This document shows, in pieces, positions 17,320 through 25,475 of a stretch of 47,568 nucleotides of DNA. The notes under the pieces are model-generated. The model worked only from the letters and a program-made list of their open reading frames with translations, was not told where the DNA came from and did no database searches. The stretch is from the IMG/VR virus record IMGVR_UViG_3300020045_005258, positions 1 to 47,568 of that record. The stretch is one strand, 5' to 3'. The translations under genes were made by a program, and so were the position numbers. This stretch comes from a virus. Lineage: Duplodnaviria; Caudoviricetes. Positions within the stretch are counted from its first letter, which is position 1. Each line of letters starts with the position of its first letter.

Positions 17320-17492
17320 ACAATGAAGAAAACAACGTATGTGAATTCTGTGATTGCAATGAAACAGCTACACATTTTGATAAGTCACTTCAGGCTTGGC
17401 TTTGTGATGAGCACGAAGGTGGTCGGGGAGGTGACTCGGGCTATTGCAATAGAGATTGTGAGCTTGGCTATGGTTGTGACGGTAGCTGCTAA
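17316..17492 (+). CDS. cysteine-rich 58-aa protein
   Basis: AAGGAG RBS, 8 Cys, overlaps both neighbours. Confidence 0.7.
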   Translation: MNNEENNVCEFCDCNETATHFDKSLQAWLCDEHEGGRGGDSGYCNRDCELGYGCDGSC

Positions 17493-17893
17493 TGAGTAAT
17501 ATAACTAAAACAGAATCCATCCTGCGATGCAACACGCCTTACGCTAACATTAGCCAAGGCTTACAAAAGAAGATTGTATTCGTGTGCTCTGTGGGTATGC
17601 TAAGGAGTGCTACTTGTGCTACAATTGGAAGTAAATTAGGATTGAATACCCGTTCATGCGGAAGTTCTAAGTTAGCCCTGATTCCACTATCGGCTAATCT
17701 TATCCGATGGGCTGATTTGATCGTATTTATGAAGAAAGAGAATTACTTCGAATCTCAGATTACATTCATACGTACGGATTTCTTGCACGATCTTGAAAGT
17801 AAAGCAAAAATATGGAATGTACCTGACATTTATAACTACATGCAAGATGAATTAGTACATAATCTAGAGTCACAAATTAAGGAGCTATTATGA
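17492..17893 (+). CDS. low-molecular-weight protein tyrosine phosphatase-like protein
   Basis: P-loop FVCSVGMLRS (CX5R), WADLIVFM, VPDIYNYM. Confidence 0.8.
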   Translation: MSNITKTESILRCNTPYANISQGLQKKIVFVCSVGMLRSATCATIGSKLGLNTRSCGSSKLALIPLSANLIRWADLIVFMKKENYFESQITFIRTDFLHDLESKAKIWNVPDIYNYMQDELVHNLESQIKELL

Positions 17894-18102
17894 GAGTCAA
17901 GGTAATTACAAAAGATCACGGTGAGTTCATTTCTGATGAACTAAATAAAGACTACGAAGAATTAGTCCATTTAATGGACAATGCATCCACAGATGCAAGT
18001 AGTAACTTAAGGTTTAGTTACAATGGAGGTATGATTCTATTTCCTATTGAAGTCATCAAGACATCTGTATTTATCGTCATTAAGGAAGATTCAGATGTCT
18101 AA
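17890..18102 (+). CDS. hypothetical protein
   Basis: 70-aa ORF, AAGGAG RBS. Confidence 0.7.
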   Translation: MRVKVITKDHGEFISDELNKDYEELVHLMDNASTDASSNLRFSYNGGMILFPIEVIKTSVFIVIKEDSDV

Positions 18103-18412
18103 ACTAAAGAAAAAAGACCTAGTGGATTTCATGCACAGTGAAAATAGTGACTATCACAAGTACGAATACACAGATATGCTAGAATGCTTCATGGAAAGCA
18201 TTGAAGAACTAATCAAGCAAGGACACGAAGTGAATCTAGAGCGATTCGGAGCGTTTAAACCCAAGGTTACTAAGCCAATTGAAACAATGAATGTACGTAC
18301 AAAAGAGCGAGAGATGCACACTGGAAGTACAGGGATTAAGTTCACTCCAGCAGTGACTCTACAGCAACGAGTAAAAGCTTACTATAAGGAGATTAAGAAT
18401 GAACTTCCCTAA
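18095..18412 (+). CDS. HU/IHF-family DNA-binding protein
   Basis: VNLERFGAF, NVRTKE arm and IKFTPA motifs; start MSKLKKK with AAGGA RBS. Confidence 0.85.
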   Translation: MSKLKKKDLVDFMHSENSDYHKYEYTDMLECFMESIEELIKQGHEVNLERFGAFKPKVTKPIETMNVRTKEREMHTGSTGIKFTPAVTLQQRVKAYYKEIKNELP

Positions 18413-18515
18413 GATTAGGATTATCTGGCAGTCACCTAAGCTATATAGGTACGCTGGAGTATATCTCAAGTTAGGAAATAAGCGGTATCGCATTTTTAAA
18501 GTAGGAGAGCACTAA
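18399..18515 (+). CDS. small basic protein (38 aa)
   Basis: AAGGAG RBS, MNFPKIRIIWQSPK... Confidence 0.55.
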   Translation: MNFPKIRIIWQSPKLYRYAGVYLKLGNKRYRIFKVGEH

Positions 18516-18694
18516 TGAAAACTAAAGTCAACAAAACAAAAACATCAAAAGATCATTCCAACGAGGACTTCTTGTTCTATAATACACAGCAAGACGAAAG
18601 TGAATTCCGAGATAGCCTGATGATTGATGCAAAAAATAATCAAACATTCAATCAAAAAGATCAGTTCTCGTTGTACAATCAAAGCTTCAACTGA
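18515..18694 (+). CDS. hypothetical protein (59 aa)
   Basis: AGGAG RBS, TAATG coupling. Confidence 0.6.
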   Translation: MKTKVNKTKTSKDHSNEDFLFYNTQQDESEFRDSLMIDAKNNQTFNQKDQFSLYNQSFN

Positions 18695-18723
18695 CCCTTA
18701 ACTCTTAACCAAGAAAGCACATA

Positions 18724-19056
18724 ATGAATATCACTAAGAAGTTTCTTTACTCCTCGCAACACGCTTGGCAAGGAGATGAAGCAGTACAACAAATTCTTGT
18801 ATTTACTACAAAAGAGATTAAATATTCTTTTTATGAAAAGATGAGAATTGATCTAGAAGATAAAGGACGTATTAAGTATGTAGACGATAATAACAAAGGA
18901 GCGATCTATAAAATACAAGCAGCTACAACTAATGAAGGAACTTGGGTTGCTTCGCTTCGTTGTGGATTTACTGGAGCTTTTCTTTGGGAATCAGATGAAG
19001 AGTTTAATTCTTCGTTTGCAGCCCTTGAATTTTGCTTGACTTCTAATTTTAATTAA
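18724..19056 (+). CDS. hypothetical protein
   Basis: 110-aa ORF. Confidence 0.7.
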   Translation: MNITKKFLYSSQHAWQGDEAVQQILVFTTKEIKYSFYEKMRIDLEDKGRIKYVDDNNKGAIYKIQAATTNEGTWVASLRCGFTGAFLWESDEEFNSSFAALEFCLTSNFN

Positions 19057-19064
19057 GGAACAAT

Positions 19065-19265
19065 ATGACCCTTGCTAAACCAATCGACGCTAGTCTTATT
19101 CATGAGTACACCTTGCAACGCAGCTTAGCTTCACCTCGATTGGTGAATGTAGTAGCACTTGATAAACGCGGAAAAGTACTTGCTGTTCTACGAGCAGATA
19201 CTGATTTTGATTCAGGTGCAGAAATGGTAGAAGCAATGAATGCAGTAATTAACGGAAACAAATAA
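19065..19265 (+). CDS. hypothetical protein
   Basis: AAGGA RBS. Confidence 0.7.
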   Translation: MTLAKPIDASLIHEYTLQRSLASPRLVNVVALDKRGKVLAVLRADTDFDSGAEMVEAMNAVINGNK

Positions 19266-19448
19266 ATGAAACTCAATATCCAATCAATTGACATGAATGA
19301 AACCTTTAACTCTTTTGATTACTACGAAGTTAATCTTAAAAAGAAAGATAAGCCAGTATCTACACCAAAACGGATTGATGAGTCCAAAGAGAAGAACAAA
19401 AAGGTTGATTATAATGAACAGAGACGAATTAAACGAGGAGTAATATGA
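19266..19448 (+). CDS. hypothetical protein
   Basis: 60-aa ORF abutting neighbours. Confidence 0.65.
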   Translation: MKLNIQSIDMNETFNSFDYYEVNLKKKDKPVSTPKRIDESKEKNKKVDYNEQRRIKRGVI

Positions 19449-20035
19449 AACAAAAAATAGACTATAATGTAGATTGGAGTAAGTATTTTAAAGTAGATAT
19501 AGATAGCCCTAGCGGCCTTACTAGGATCAATGACGATGCGGGTAAAGCTATTAAACCTCGCCACATTGGGTATCAAAAATTTAGAAAGAATGGTAAATCT
19601 AGTACATGGCGGATTTATTTTCAAGGGAGAAACCATTGTGTTCACCGTATAATTTGGGTAATGATTTATGGTAGTATTGACCCAGATTTAGTTATAGATC
19701 ATTTAGATGGTAATCCTTTCAATAATAAGATTGATAACTTAGCTTTAAAAACACAAACTAATAATTTAAGAAATCAACATTTGCGATCTAATAATATTAC
19801 AGGGATAACTGGAGTCAGTCGGTTAAAAATGAGGAATTTATTCTATTACGCAGCGCAATGGCATGAAATCGATGGTTGTCTTAAACGTAAGAATTTCTCC
19901 ATAAGTAAATTAGGAGAGGAAATAGCTAGAGACCTAGCTATAGCATGTAGACAAGAACAAATATTTAGACTTATTTCTGAAGGTGCTGACTATACTGATA
20001 GACATGGATTTTCAATAAGAGGGGAAGCGCAATGA
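19445..20035 (+). CDS. HNH homing endonuclease with AP2-like C-terminus
   Basis: VHRIIW, IDHLDGNPFNNKIDNL, NNITGITGV motifs. Confidence 0.9.
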   Translation: MKQKIDYNVDWSKYFKVDIDSPSGLTRINDDAGKAIKPRHIGYQKFRKNGKSSTWRIYFQGRNHCVHRIIWVMIYGSIDPDLVIDHLDGNPFNNKIDNLALKTQTNNLRNQHLRSNNITGITGVSRLKMRNLFYYAAQWHEIDGCLKRKNFSISKLGEEIARDLAIACRQEQIFRLISEGADYTDRHGFSIRGEAQ

Positions 20036-20331
20036 ATGAAACAAAAACTGAACAGACAATTACCAAAGAGTACAACGGTATTACCTACACAACAGGTGAA
20101 ACTTGGTGCAACCATATTGATCGCAGTAACAAAGGAGTGATCGTTGGGTTTACTCTAATAGATGCTCCTATAATTCAGTTGCATAATGGTCGTATTGATA
20201 TCTTGGATAATCCACAGTGGGTTAAGAGTACCAAAATCAAGTACTACGTGTGGCGTAGTTACAATGGAGACTTGAAGGTAACCAGTAATAAAATAACGGG
20301 GATTCTTCATGAATTCACTCTTGAAGAATAA
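20032..20331 (+). CDS. hypothetical protein
   Basis: 99-aa ORF, ATGA overlap. Confidence 0.7.
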   Translation: MNETKTEQTITKEYNGITYTTGETWCNHIDRSNKGVIVGFTLIDAPIIQLHNGRIDILDNPQWVKSTKIKYYVWRSYNGDLKVTSNKITGILHEFTLEE

Positions 20332-20365
20332 ATAAGTAACATCTTAATTAACTAAAGGAAATATC

Positions 20366-20509
20366 ATGAGTGAAGTAGAAATGTACTGGCAAGCAATCGC
20401 AGCTAAAGCTGGAGATAACCGCAAGTGGACTGAACTGAGTCCTCAAGATCAGCACTTGATTGTGAATTCAATCAATCAATTACTGCATGTACTAAGGAAT
20501 CAACCATGA
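20366..20509 (+). CDS. hypothetical protein (47 aa)
   Basis: AAAGGA RBS, MSEVEMYWQAIAAKAG... Confidence 0.65.
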   Translation: MSEVEMYWQAIAAKAGDNRKWTELSPQDQHLIVNSINQLLHVLRNQP

Positions 20510-20844
20510 AGCTACAGAAGTACACCAACGGAGGGTACGAGAATAATCCACCTGATTATATTATTCAGGACTTGCAATTTATTGGTACTTGCGGTAGTCA
20601 CCCGGAGCAAATGGATGTAGTGAATTCAGGTGGATACTACGTGGGTTATCTTCAATTGCGCGGAGGTAACTTCAGGGTTGAATTTCCATGTAATAGTTAT
20701 AATGAAAACAAGGTACTATTTGCTGATAGATTTGAAGATAACTGGAAAGGTTGCTTTGATTCAGAAGATGAGCGCATGGAGTATCTAGAGATTGCAGCTA
20801 CTTGTATAAATAAAGAACTGAGGAAGTTACACAATGAATCCTAA
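20506..20844 (+). CDS. hypothetical protein
   Basis: TCGSHPEQMDV...VGYLQLRGG motif recalled from phage hypotheticals. Confidence 0.75.
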   Translation: MKLQKYTNGGYENNPPDYIIQDLQFIGTCGSHPEQMDVVNSGGYYVGYLQLRGGNFRVEFPCNSYNENKVLFADRFEDNWKGCFDSEDERMEYLEIAATCINKELRKLHNES

Positions 20845-21721
20845 CTTCAAACCTCAACTTGCTTCACAGATTGATGACTTAGACAAGATCACATATCCAG
20901 TATATGCAAGTCCTAAATTAGACGGTATCCGAAGTACTATCTTTAATGGAGTAGCATATTCCAGAAGCCTTAAGCTAATCCCTAATATTTCAATCCAAAA
21001 ATGGACTAAAGAGAACGCTCAGAGCCTTGAAGGATTAGATGGAGAATTCATTGTAGGGAATCCCACATCCGAAACAGTATTTAGGGATACCACTAGCTTT
21101 GTTATGTCAATTGATAAGACAGGGGACTTTCAGTTCTTTGCATTTGATAAAGTACAAGAAGGTACAGCAGAACAGCGTCAGAACGACCTAGAACAACTTC
21201 TAGTGCCACCGAGGGTAACTGTACTCAAGCAGACTTTGGTTAGTTCCAAGGAAGAACTAGAGGCTTACAGGACGGTTGCTGTAGGCGAAGGTTTCGAAGG
21301 TGCAATGGTTAAGAAAGTACAAGGTAAGTACAAGTTCGGTAGATCATCAGTTAAAGAAGGATTACTACTAAAGATGAAACTCTTTAGTGACGCGGAGTAC
21401 TTGATTGTAGGTTATGATTGCAAGTATCATAATTCCAATGAAGCCAAGGTGAATGAACTCGGGAGAACTGCACGTAGTACTCAGAAAGATGGTATGATTC
21501 CTATGGATACACTAGGTGTTCTTTACCTTCAGACAATAGAGGGAACAAAGTTCGGATGTGGTAGCGGATTTGACGATAAGACAAGAGATCAATTGTGGAA
21601 GATCAAAGATAAATTACTGGGACAATATGCTACGGTTAAATTCTTTAATGTGGGAGGCTATTCAGTCCCAAGATTTCCAGTTTTTAAAGGTATACGATCA
21701 ATGGAGGATATTTCAGAATGA
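20834..21721 (+). CDS. ATP-dependent DNA ligase
   Basis: KLDGIR (motif I), LDGEF, FAFD, EGAMVK, LLKMK, GSGF and PRFPVF. Confidence 0.95.
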   Translation: MNPNFKPQLASQIDDLDKITYPVYASPKLDGIRSTIFNGVAYSRSLKLIPNISIQKWTKENAQSLEGLDGEFIVGNPTSETVFRDTTSFVMSIDKTGDFQFFAFDKVQEGTAEQRQNDLEQLLVPPRVTVLKQTLVSSKEELEAYRTVAVGEGFEGAMVKKVQGKYKFGRSSVKEGLLLKMKLFSDAEYLIVGYDCKYHNSNEAKVNELGRTARSTQKDGMIPMDTLGVLYLQTIEGTKFGCGSGFDDKTRDQLWKIKDKLLGQYATVKFFNVGGYSVPRFPVFKGIRSMEDISE

Positions 21722-22137
21722 ATTCAATAGCACCTAAAGTGATTCGTTTATTAGTAAATAAATGGTCAGCACCTGATGGTACTGTCTTGATCTCACGTCA
21801 TAGACACGATTACGTTAGCCATGAAGATGCAGAAGGTAACTTGTATTATCTGGATGGAGGTAATGAGTACATCAGAACTTCAGGTAACCTAAAGAACGAA
21901 TGCGTGTACACTGATAGTCCATTTGAAGTGATCCGTGAATATTTTACTTGGGGTTCATACGGGGTAGACGGAATGCAACCAAAGAAAATTACTAAGCTCA
22001 AGGATTTAGGTGAAGATCATATCAATGCGATCTTAAGGACTCAAAATAATTTACCTGAATACATGAAGGAATTATTCAAAAGTGAGCTAGAATACAGACG
22101 AACAGGTAAAGATTTAATTAAGTTCATTAGAGGCTAA
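21718..22137 (+). CDS. conserved phage hypothetical protein
   Basis: SRHRHDYV...DGGNEYIR...WGSYG motif. Confidence 0.8.
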   Translation: MNSIAPKVIRLLVNKWSAPDGTVLISRHRHDYVSHEDAEGNLYYLDGGNEYIRTSGNLKNECVYTDSPFEVIREYFTWGSYGVDGMQPKKITKLKDLGEDHINAILRTQNNLPEYMKELFKSELEYRRTGKDLIKFIRG

Positions 22138-22149
22138 CAAGGAGTAAAC

Positions 22150-22416
22150 ATGAAAGTCTACAAACAGGATGATTTTGATTTTGAATTAAAGACCGAAAGG
22201 TACGAGAATTTAATCAAGGAACTTTATGATCTAAAAGCTAAGTACGTAGCACATACAGGAATTGTTCCAGATACTGTAGAATTAACACATTATGATTTCA
22301 ACATCATCAAGGATTATTTTATGATTATTGAACCCAATAGGACTACCCCGATTGAGCAATGCAGGACCTTGGTTGGTTTAAATATTCGATACAGTGCTAA
22401 CCGTTTTATTGGTTAA
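22150..22416 (+). CDS. hypothetical protein
   Basis: AAGGAG RBS. Confidence 0.7.
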   Translation: MKVYKQDDFDFELKTERYENLIKELYDLKAKYVAHTGIVPDTVELTHYDFNIIKDYFMIIEPNRTTPIEQCRTLVGLNIRYSANRFIG

Positions 22417-22429
22417 TTAAGGAGACAAC

Positions 22430-22786
22430 ATGAGCTACAATATCTACATCAGAGCTAATCGTAAAGCGTACTACGAGGATAAACGAGGCGTATTAGTTCC
22501 ATTTGAAACAAGTAAGAACTTCAACACATGGCGAACCATAACGCAAGATACCAACTGGATACTCAAAGGAGAGACCACGGAAGATAAGCTAAGTCGTTAC
22601 TGCGATTTCATAAAGAAGCGGAACATGACTGAAATTGAGTACGAGTACGATGAAAATGATGATTTCCGCGAAGACATCATAGGATCAAAAGAAGTAAACT
22701 TAAGTGACTTGCACATCACTGGCCTTAATAATTGGATTAAAACAATGCAAGATCAGTGCTTCACTATTGAAGTGTATACTGTGTAA
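22430..22786 (+). CDS. hypothetical protein
   Basis: AAGGAG RBS. Confidence 0.75.
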   Translation: MSYNIYIRANRKAYYEDKRGVLVPFETSKNFNTWRTITQDTNWILKGETTEDKLSRYCDFIKKRNMTEIEYEYDENDDFREDIIGSKEVNLSDLHITGLNNWIKTMQDQCFTIEVYTV

Positions 22787-22803
22787 GAATTAAAGGAGTA
22801 AAT

Positions 22804-22902
22804 ATGTTCCGTACAGTGCAGATGATAGACGTAAATGATTGGGATGCTTTGGTACAGAAGACCTACGGTAAGCCCTATTATGAAGTCTATTACAAGGATT
22901 AA
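22804..22902 (+). CDS. 32-aa peptide (possibly a truncated gene)
   Basis: AAAGGAG RBS, MFRTVQMIDVNDWDALVQKTYGKPYYEVYYKD. Confidence 0.5.
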   Translation: MFRTVQMIDVNDWDALVQKTYGKPYYEVYYKD

Positions 22903-22907
22903 AGAAA

Positions 22908-23186
22908 ATGACATCAATGGATTTTATTAAAATGAGTTCAGATATTATTGATAATGCACTCAATGAATACAAAGATCATGCTATGCGTTTAACAAGACTA
23001 TTCAATAAAGCAGGAGGGTACTCATCGAACGCGTATCAAGAAGGTCTGTTGGATAAGATTACGAATCACCACATGTACTCAAAAATGGTTCTACAAGATG
23101 CTGCTCTAGTTCTAGGTAAAGAGTTGAATACTGATAGTGCAGTTATCATGAGTATTCTAAATAAGCACTACGTACTAGAAGATTAA
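22908..23186 (+). CDS. hypothetical protein
   Basis: 92-aa ORF. Confidence 0.7.
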   Translation: MTSMDFIKMSSDIIDNALNEYKDHAMRLTRLFNKAGGYSSNAYQEGLLDKITNHHMYSKMVLQDAALVLGKELNTDSAVIMSILNKHYVLED

Positions 23187-23221
23187 GAAGAATTTAAAGA
23201 TAAAAGCAAAGGAGAATAAAT

Positions 23222-23413
23222 ATGAAAGTTCATGTACTGGTAATTGATTCAACAATAGATGACGAAACTACAACAGAGGTAATTGGGGTGTACTATGATC
23301 CCTTCGTGGCAGAGAGTGAAGGCGAAAGATTAGTAGCTCTAGAGGAGGAAAAAGCTGATAGTTGCCATTACTACAGCTATGAAAGTAGAGTACTACAAAC
23401 GGAGATAAAGTAA
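23222..23413 (+). CDS. hypothetical protein
   Basis: AAGGAG RBS; similar to 16698 ORF. Confidence 0.7.
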   Translation: MKVHVLVIDSTIDDETTTEVIGVYYDPFVAESEGERLVALEEEKADSCHYYSYESRVLQTEIK

Positions 23414-23414
23414 G

Positions 23415-23642
23415 ATGAAACTGAAAGAGTCCGAACGTAAGGTCGTTTGTGATTACTTGCTAGAACGAAAAGTAGACTATGAAACAATTCATAGGATTTG
23501 TTTGATTATTTCTGGTATCATTAAAGGGTACAAAGAGGAATCTTTAAATTCCCTTGAAGAACAGTACAGATTACAGAGAATACTGGATTCAAAAGTAAGT
23601 AATGACTACGAAACCTTTAGTTATTATAAGAGTAACGGATAA
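23415..23642 (+). CDS. hypothetical protein
   Basis: 75-aa ORF. Confidence 0.7.
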   Translation: MKLKESERKVVCDYLLERKVDYETIHRICLIISGIIKGYKEESLNSLEEQYRLQRILDSKVSNDYETFSYYKSNG

Positions 23643-23659
23643 TATTAAGGAGAGTAATT

Positions 23660-25408
23660 ATTGCAAATTTTATCAAGCATACTAATTGCGAGAAATGCGC
23701 CAGTAAAGATAACTACGCAGTCTACGACGATGGCTCTGGGCATTGCTTCGGCTGTGGATTCACGGTAGTATCTGAGGAATTCAAGGAAGCGAATGAAGGT
23801 AATGCTCGTAAGCGCAAAGTTAAAACTAATACAAAGGATAATATGGAAAACGAAACAAAGATTAGCACTAAACCAGTGATTGATCCTGAGTTAGCTCAGA
23901 AGATTAAATCAGAAACAAGCACTAAAGCTAATGGTTTTCGTTCTCTGAAAGATGAGACTTTAGTTTACTTCGGGGTACGTCATGCTTTCTCTGAAGAAAC
24001 AGGGGAAGTAGAAGAACAATACTATCCGTGTACTCAAGAAGGCCAATTAACAGGATATAAGATCAGGGAAGTACCTAAGAACTTCAGGTCTATTGGACGT
24101 ACTGGTGCAGATTGCGAATTGTTCGGGCAGTTCAGGTTCAATCGCGGAGGTAAGTACGTATTGTTGGTAGAGGGAGAGATTGATTGTTTATCAGCTTATC
24201 AGATGATCCGAGAGTACAACAAGTCAAAGGGGAGTGATTTTGAAACCGCTGTAGTTAGTCCTACGACTGGAGCTAACTCAAAGAAGCAGGTAGCTAATCA
24301 GTATAAATTCTTGGATAAATTTGATAATGTTATTATCTGCTACGATTCCGATAAAGCTGGGCAAGATGCTGCTGAAAAACTCCTGCCTAGCCTGCCGAAA
24401 GGTAAAGTTAAACTAATGAAAATGCGTCTTAAGGATGCTAACGATTATTTACAACAAGGTAAACAAAAAGAATTTATTAGTGATTTTTACAATGCTGAAA
24501 AATACGTCCCTGTTGGAGTGGTAGCAAGTAATCAAATTTCAGCGGACATGAGAAAAGAAGCTAATATCCCCAAAGTACCTTTACCTCCTTTTATGCACAA
24601 ATTACAAGATATGATGTCCGGTGGTTTTCCTTTAGGAAGAATTATTAATCTCGGGAGTGCATCAGGAACAGGTAAGTCCACAATAATCGACGAGATACTT
24701 TACTTTATGCTTTTTAATAGTCCTCACATGGTTGGAGTGGTTACCTTAGAGAGTACAAGTGGGCAATACGGTATTAAGCTACTTTCAAGACATATTGGAC
24801 AGAAGATTGAACTACTTTCTCAAGAAGATCAAATTTTACTTCTGGATTCAGAGCACATAAAAGCAAAAGAACATGAACTGTTTAATGATGAAGCAGGTAA
24901 TGCTCGTTTTTATATGGTAGATGATCGTGATGGTGACATAGAAGATATCAGATCAGCAATTGAAAACTTAATTATTTCGTGTGATTGTAAAGTAATTGTG
25001 CTTGATCCAGTTTCTGATATTATTTCTGCACTACCATTGGACGTACAAGATAGTTTTATGTCATGGCAGAAAGGTATGGTAAAATCTCATATGGTTACAT
25101 TCTTGAATGTGTGTCACACCAGAAAAACCGGTTCAGGACAGAAGGCGGGTAGTACTGGTGCAGACCTTCATGAAGAGGATATTATTGGTAGTTCAGCTTT
25201 GTATAAAAGTGCAGCATGTAATCTTATGTTTTCTCGTAATAAAGAAGCAGAAGATGAATTAGAACGCAATACAACAGTTATGAAGGCTACTAAGATTCGT
25301 TGGACAGGTAAAACAGGTATTGCTGGAAAATATTATTATGATAATGCAAAACATACACTGTATGATTTAGACGATTGGATGGATGAAAACGGTGTAGTAG
25401 AATTTTAA
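23660..25408 (+). CDS. T7 gp4-like DNA primase-helicase (long form from ATT 23660; internal ATG 23843)
   Basis: in-frame Zn ribbon CEKC...HCFGC upstream of the track start; TOPRIM EGEID and YDSDKAG; Walker A SASGTGKS; Walker B IVLD. Confidence 0.9.
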   Translation: MANFIKHTNCEKCASKDNYAVYDDGSGHCFGCGFTVVSEEFKEANEGNARKRKVKTNTKDNMENETKISTKPVIDPELAQKIKSETSTKANGFRSLKDETLVYFGVRHAFSEETGEVEEQYYPCTQEGQLTGYKIREVPKNFRSIGRTGADCELFGQFRFNRGGKYVLLVEGEIDCLSAYQMIREYNKSKGSDFETAVVSPTTGANSKKQVANQYKFLDKFDNVIICYDSDKAGQDAAEKLLPSLPKGKVKLMKMRLKDANDYLQQGKQKEFISDFYNAEKYVPVGVVASNQISADMRKEANIPKVPLPPFMHKLQDMMSGGFPLGRIINLGSASGTGKSTIIDEILYFMLFNSPHMVGVVTLESTSGQYGIKLLSRHIGQKIELLSQEDQILLLDSEHIKAKEHELFNDEAGNARFYMVDDRDGDIEDIRSAIENLIISCDCKVIVLDPVSDIISALPLDVQDSFMSWQKGMVKSHMVTFLNVCHTRKTGSGQKAGSTGADLHEEDIIGSSALYKSAACNLMFSRNKEAEDELERNTTVMKATKIRWTGKTGIAGKYYYDNAKHTLYDLDDWMDENGVVEF

Positions 25409-25419
25409 GCACATAAATC

Positions 25420-25458
25420 AAACGGTAGCTATCATTCTGTGGTAGACTACCGTTTTCT
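25420..25458 (+). terminator. rho-independent terminator
   Basis: AAACGGTAG/CTACCGTTT stem followed by TCTC. Confidence 0.6.
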
Positions 25459-25475
25459 CATTTCAAGGAACAATA

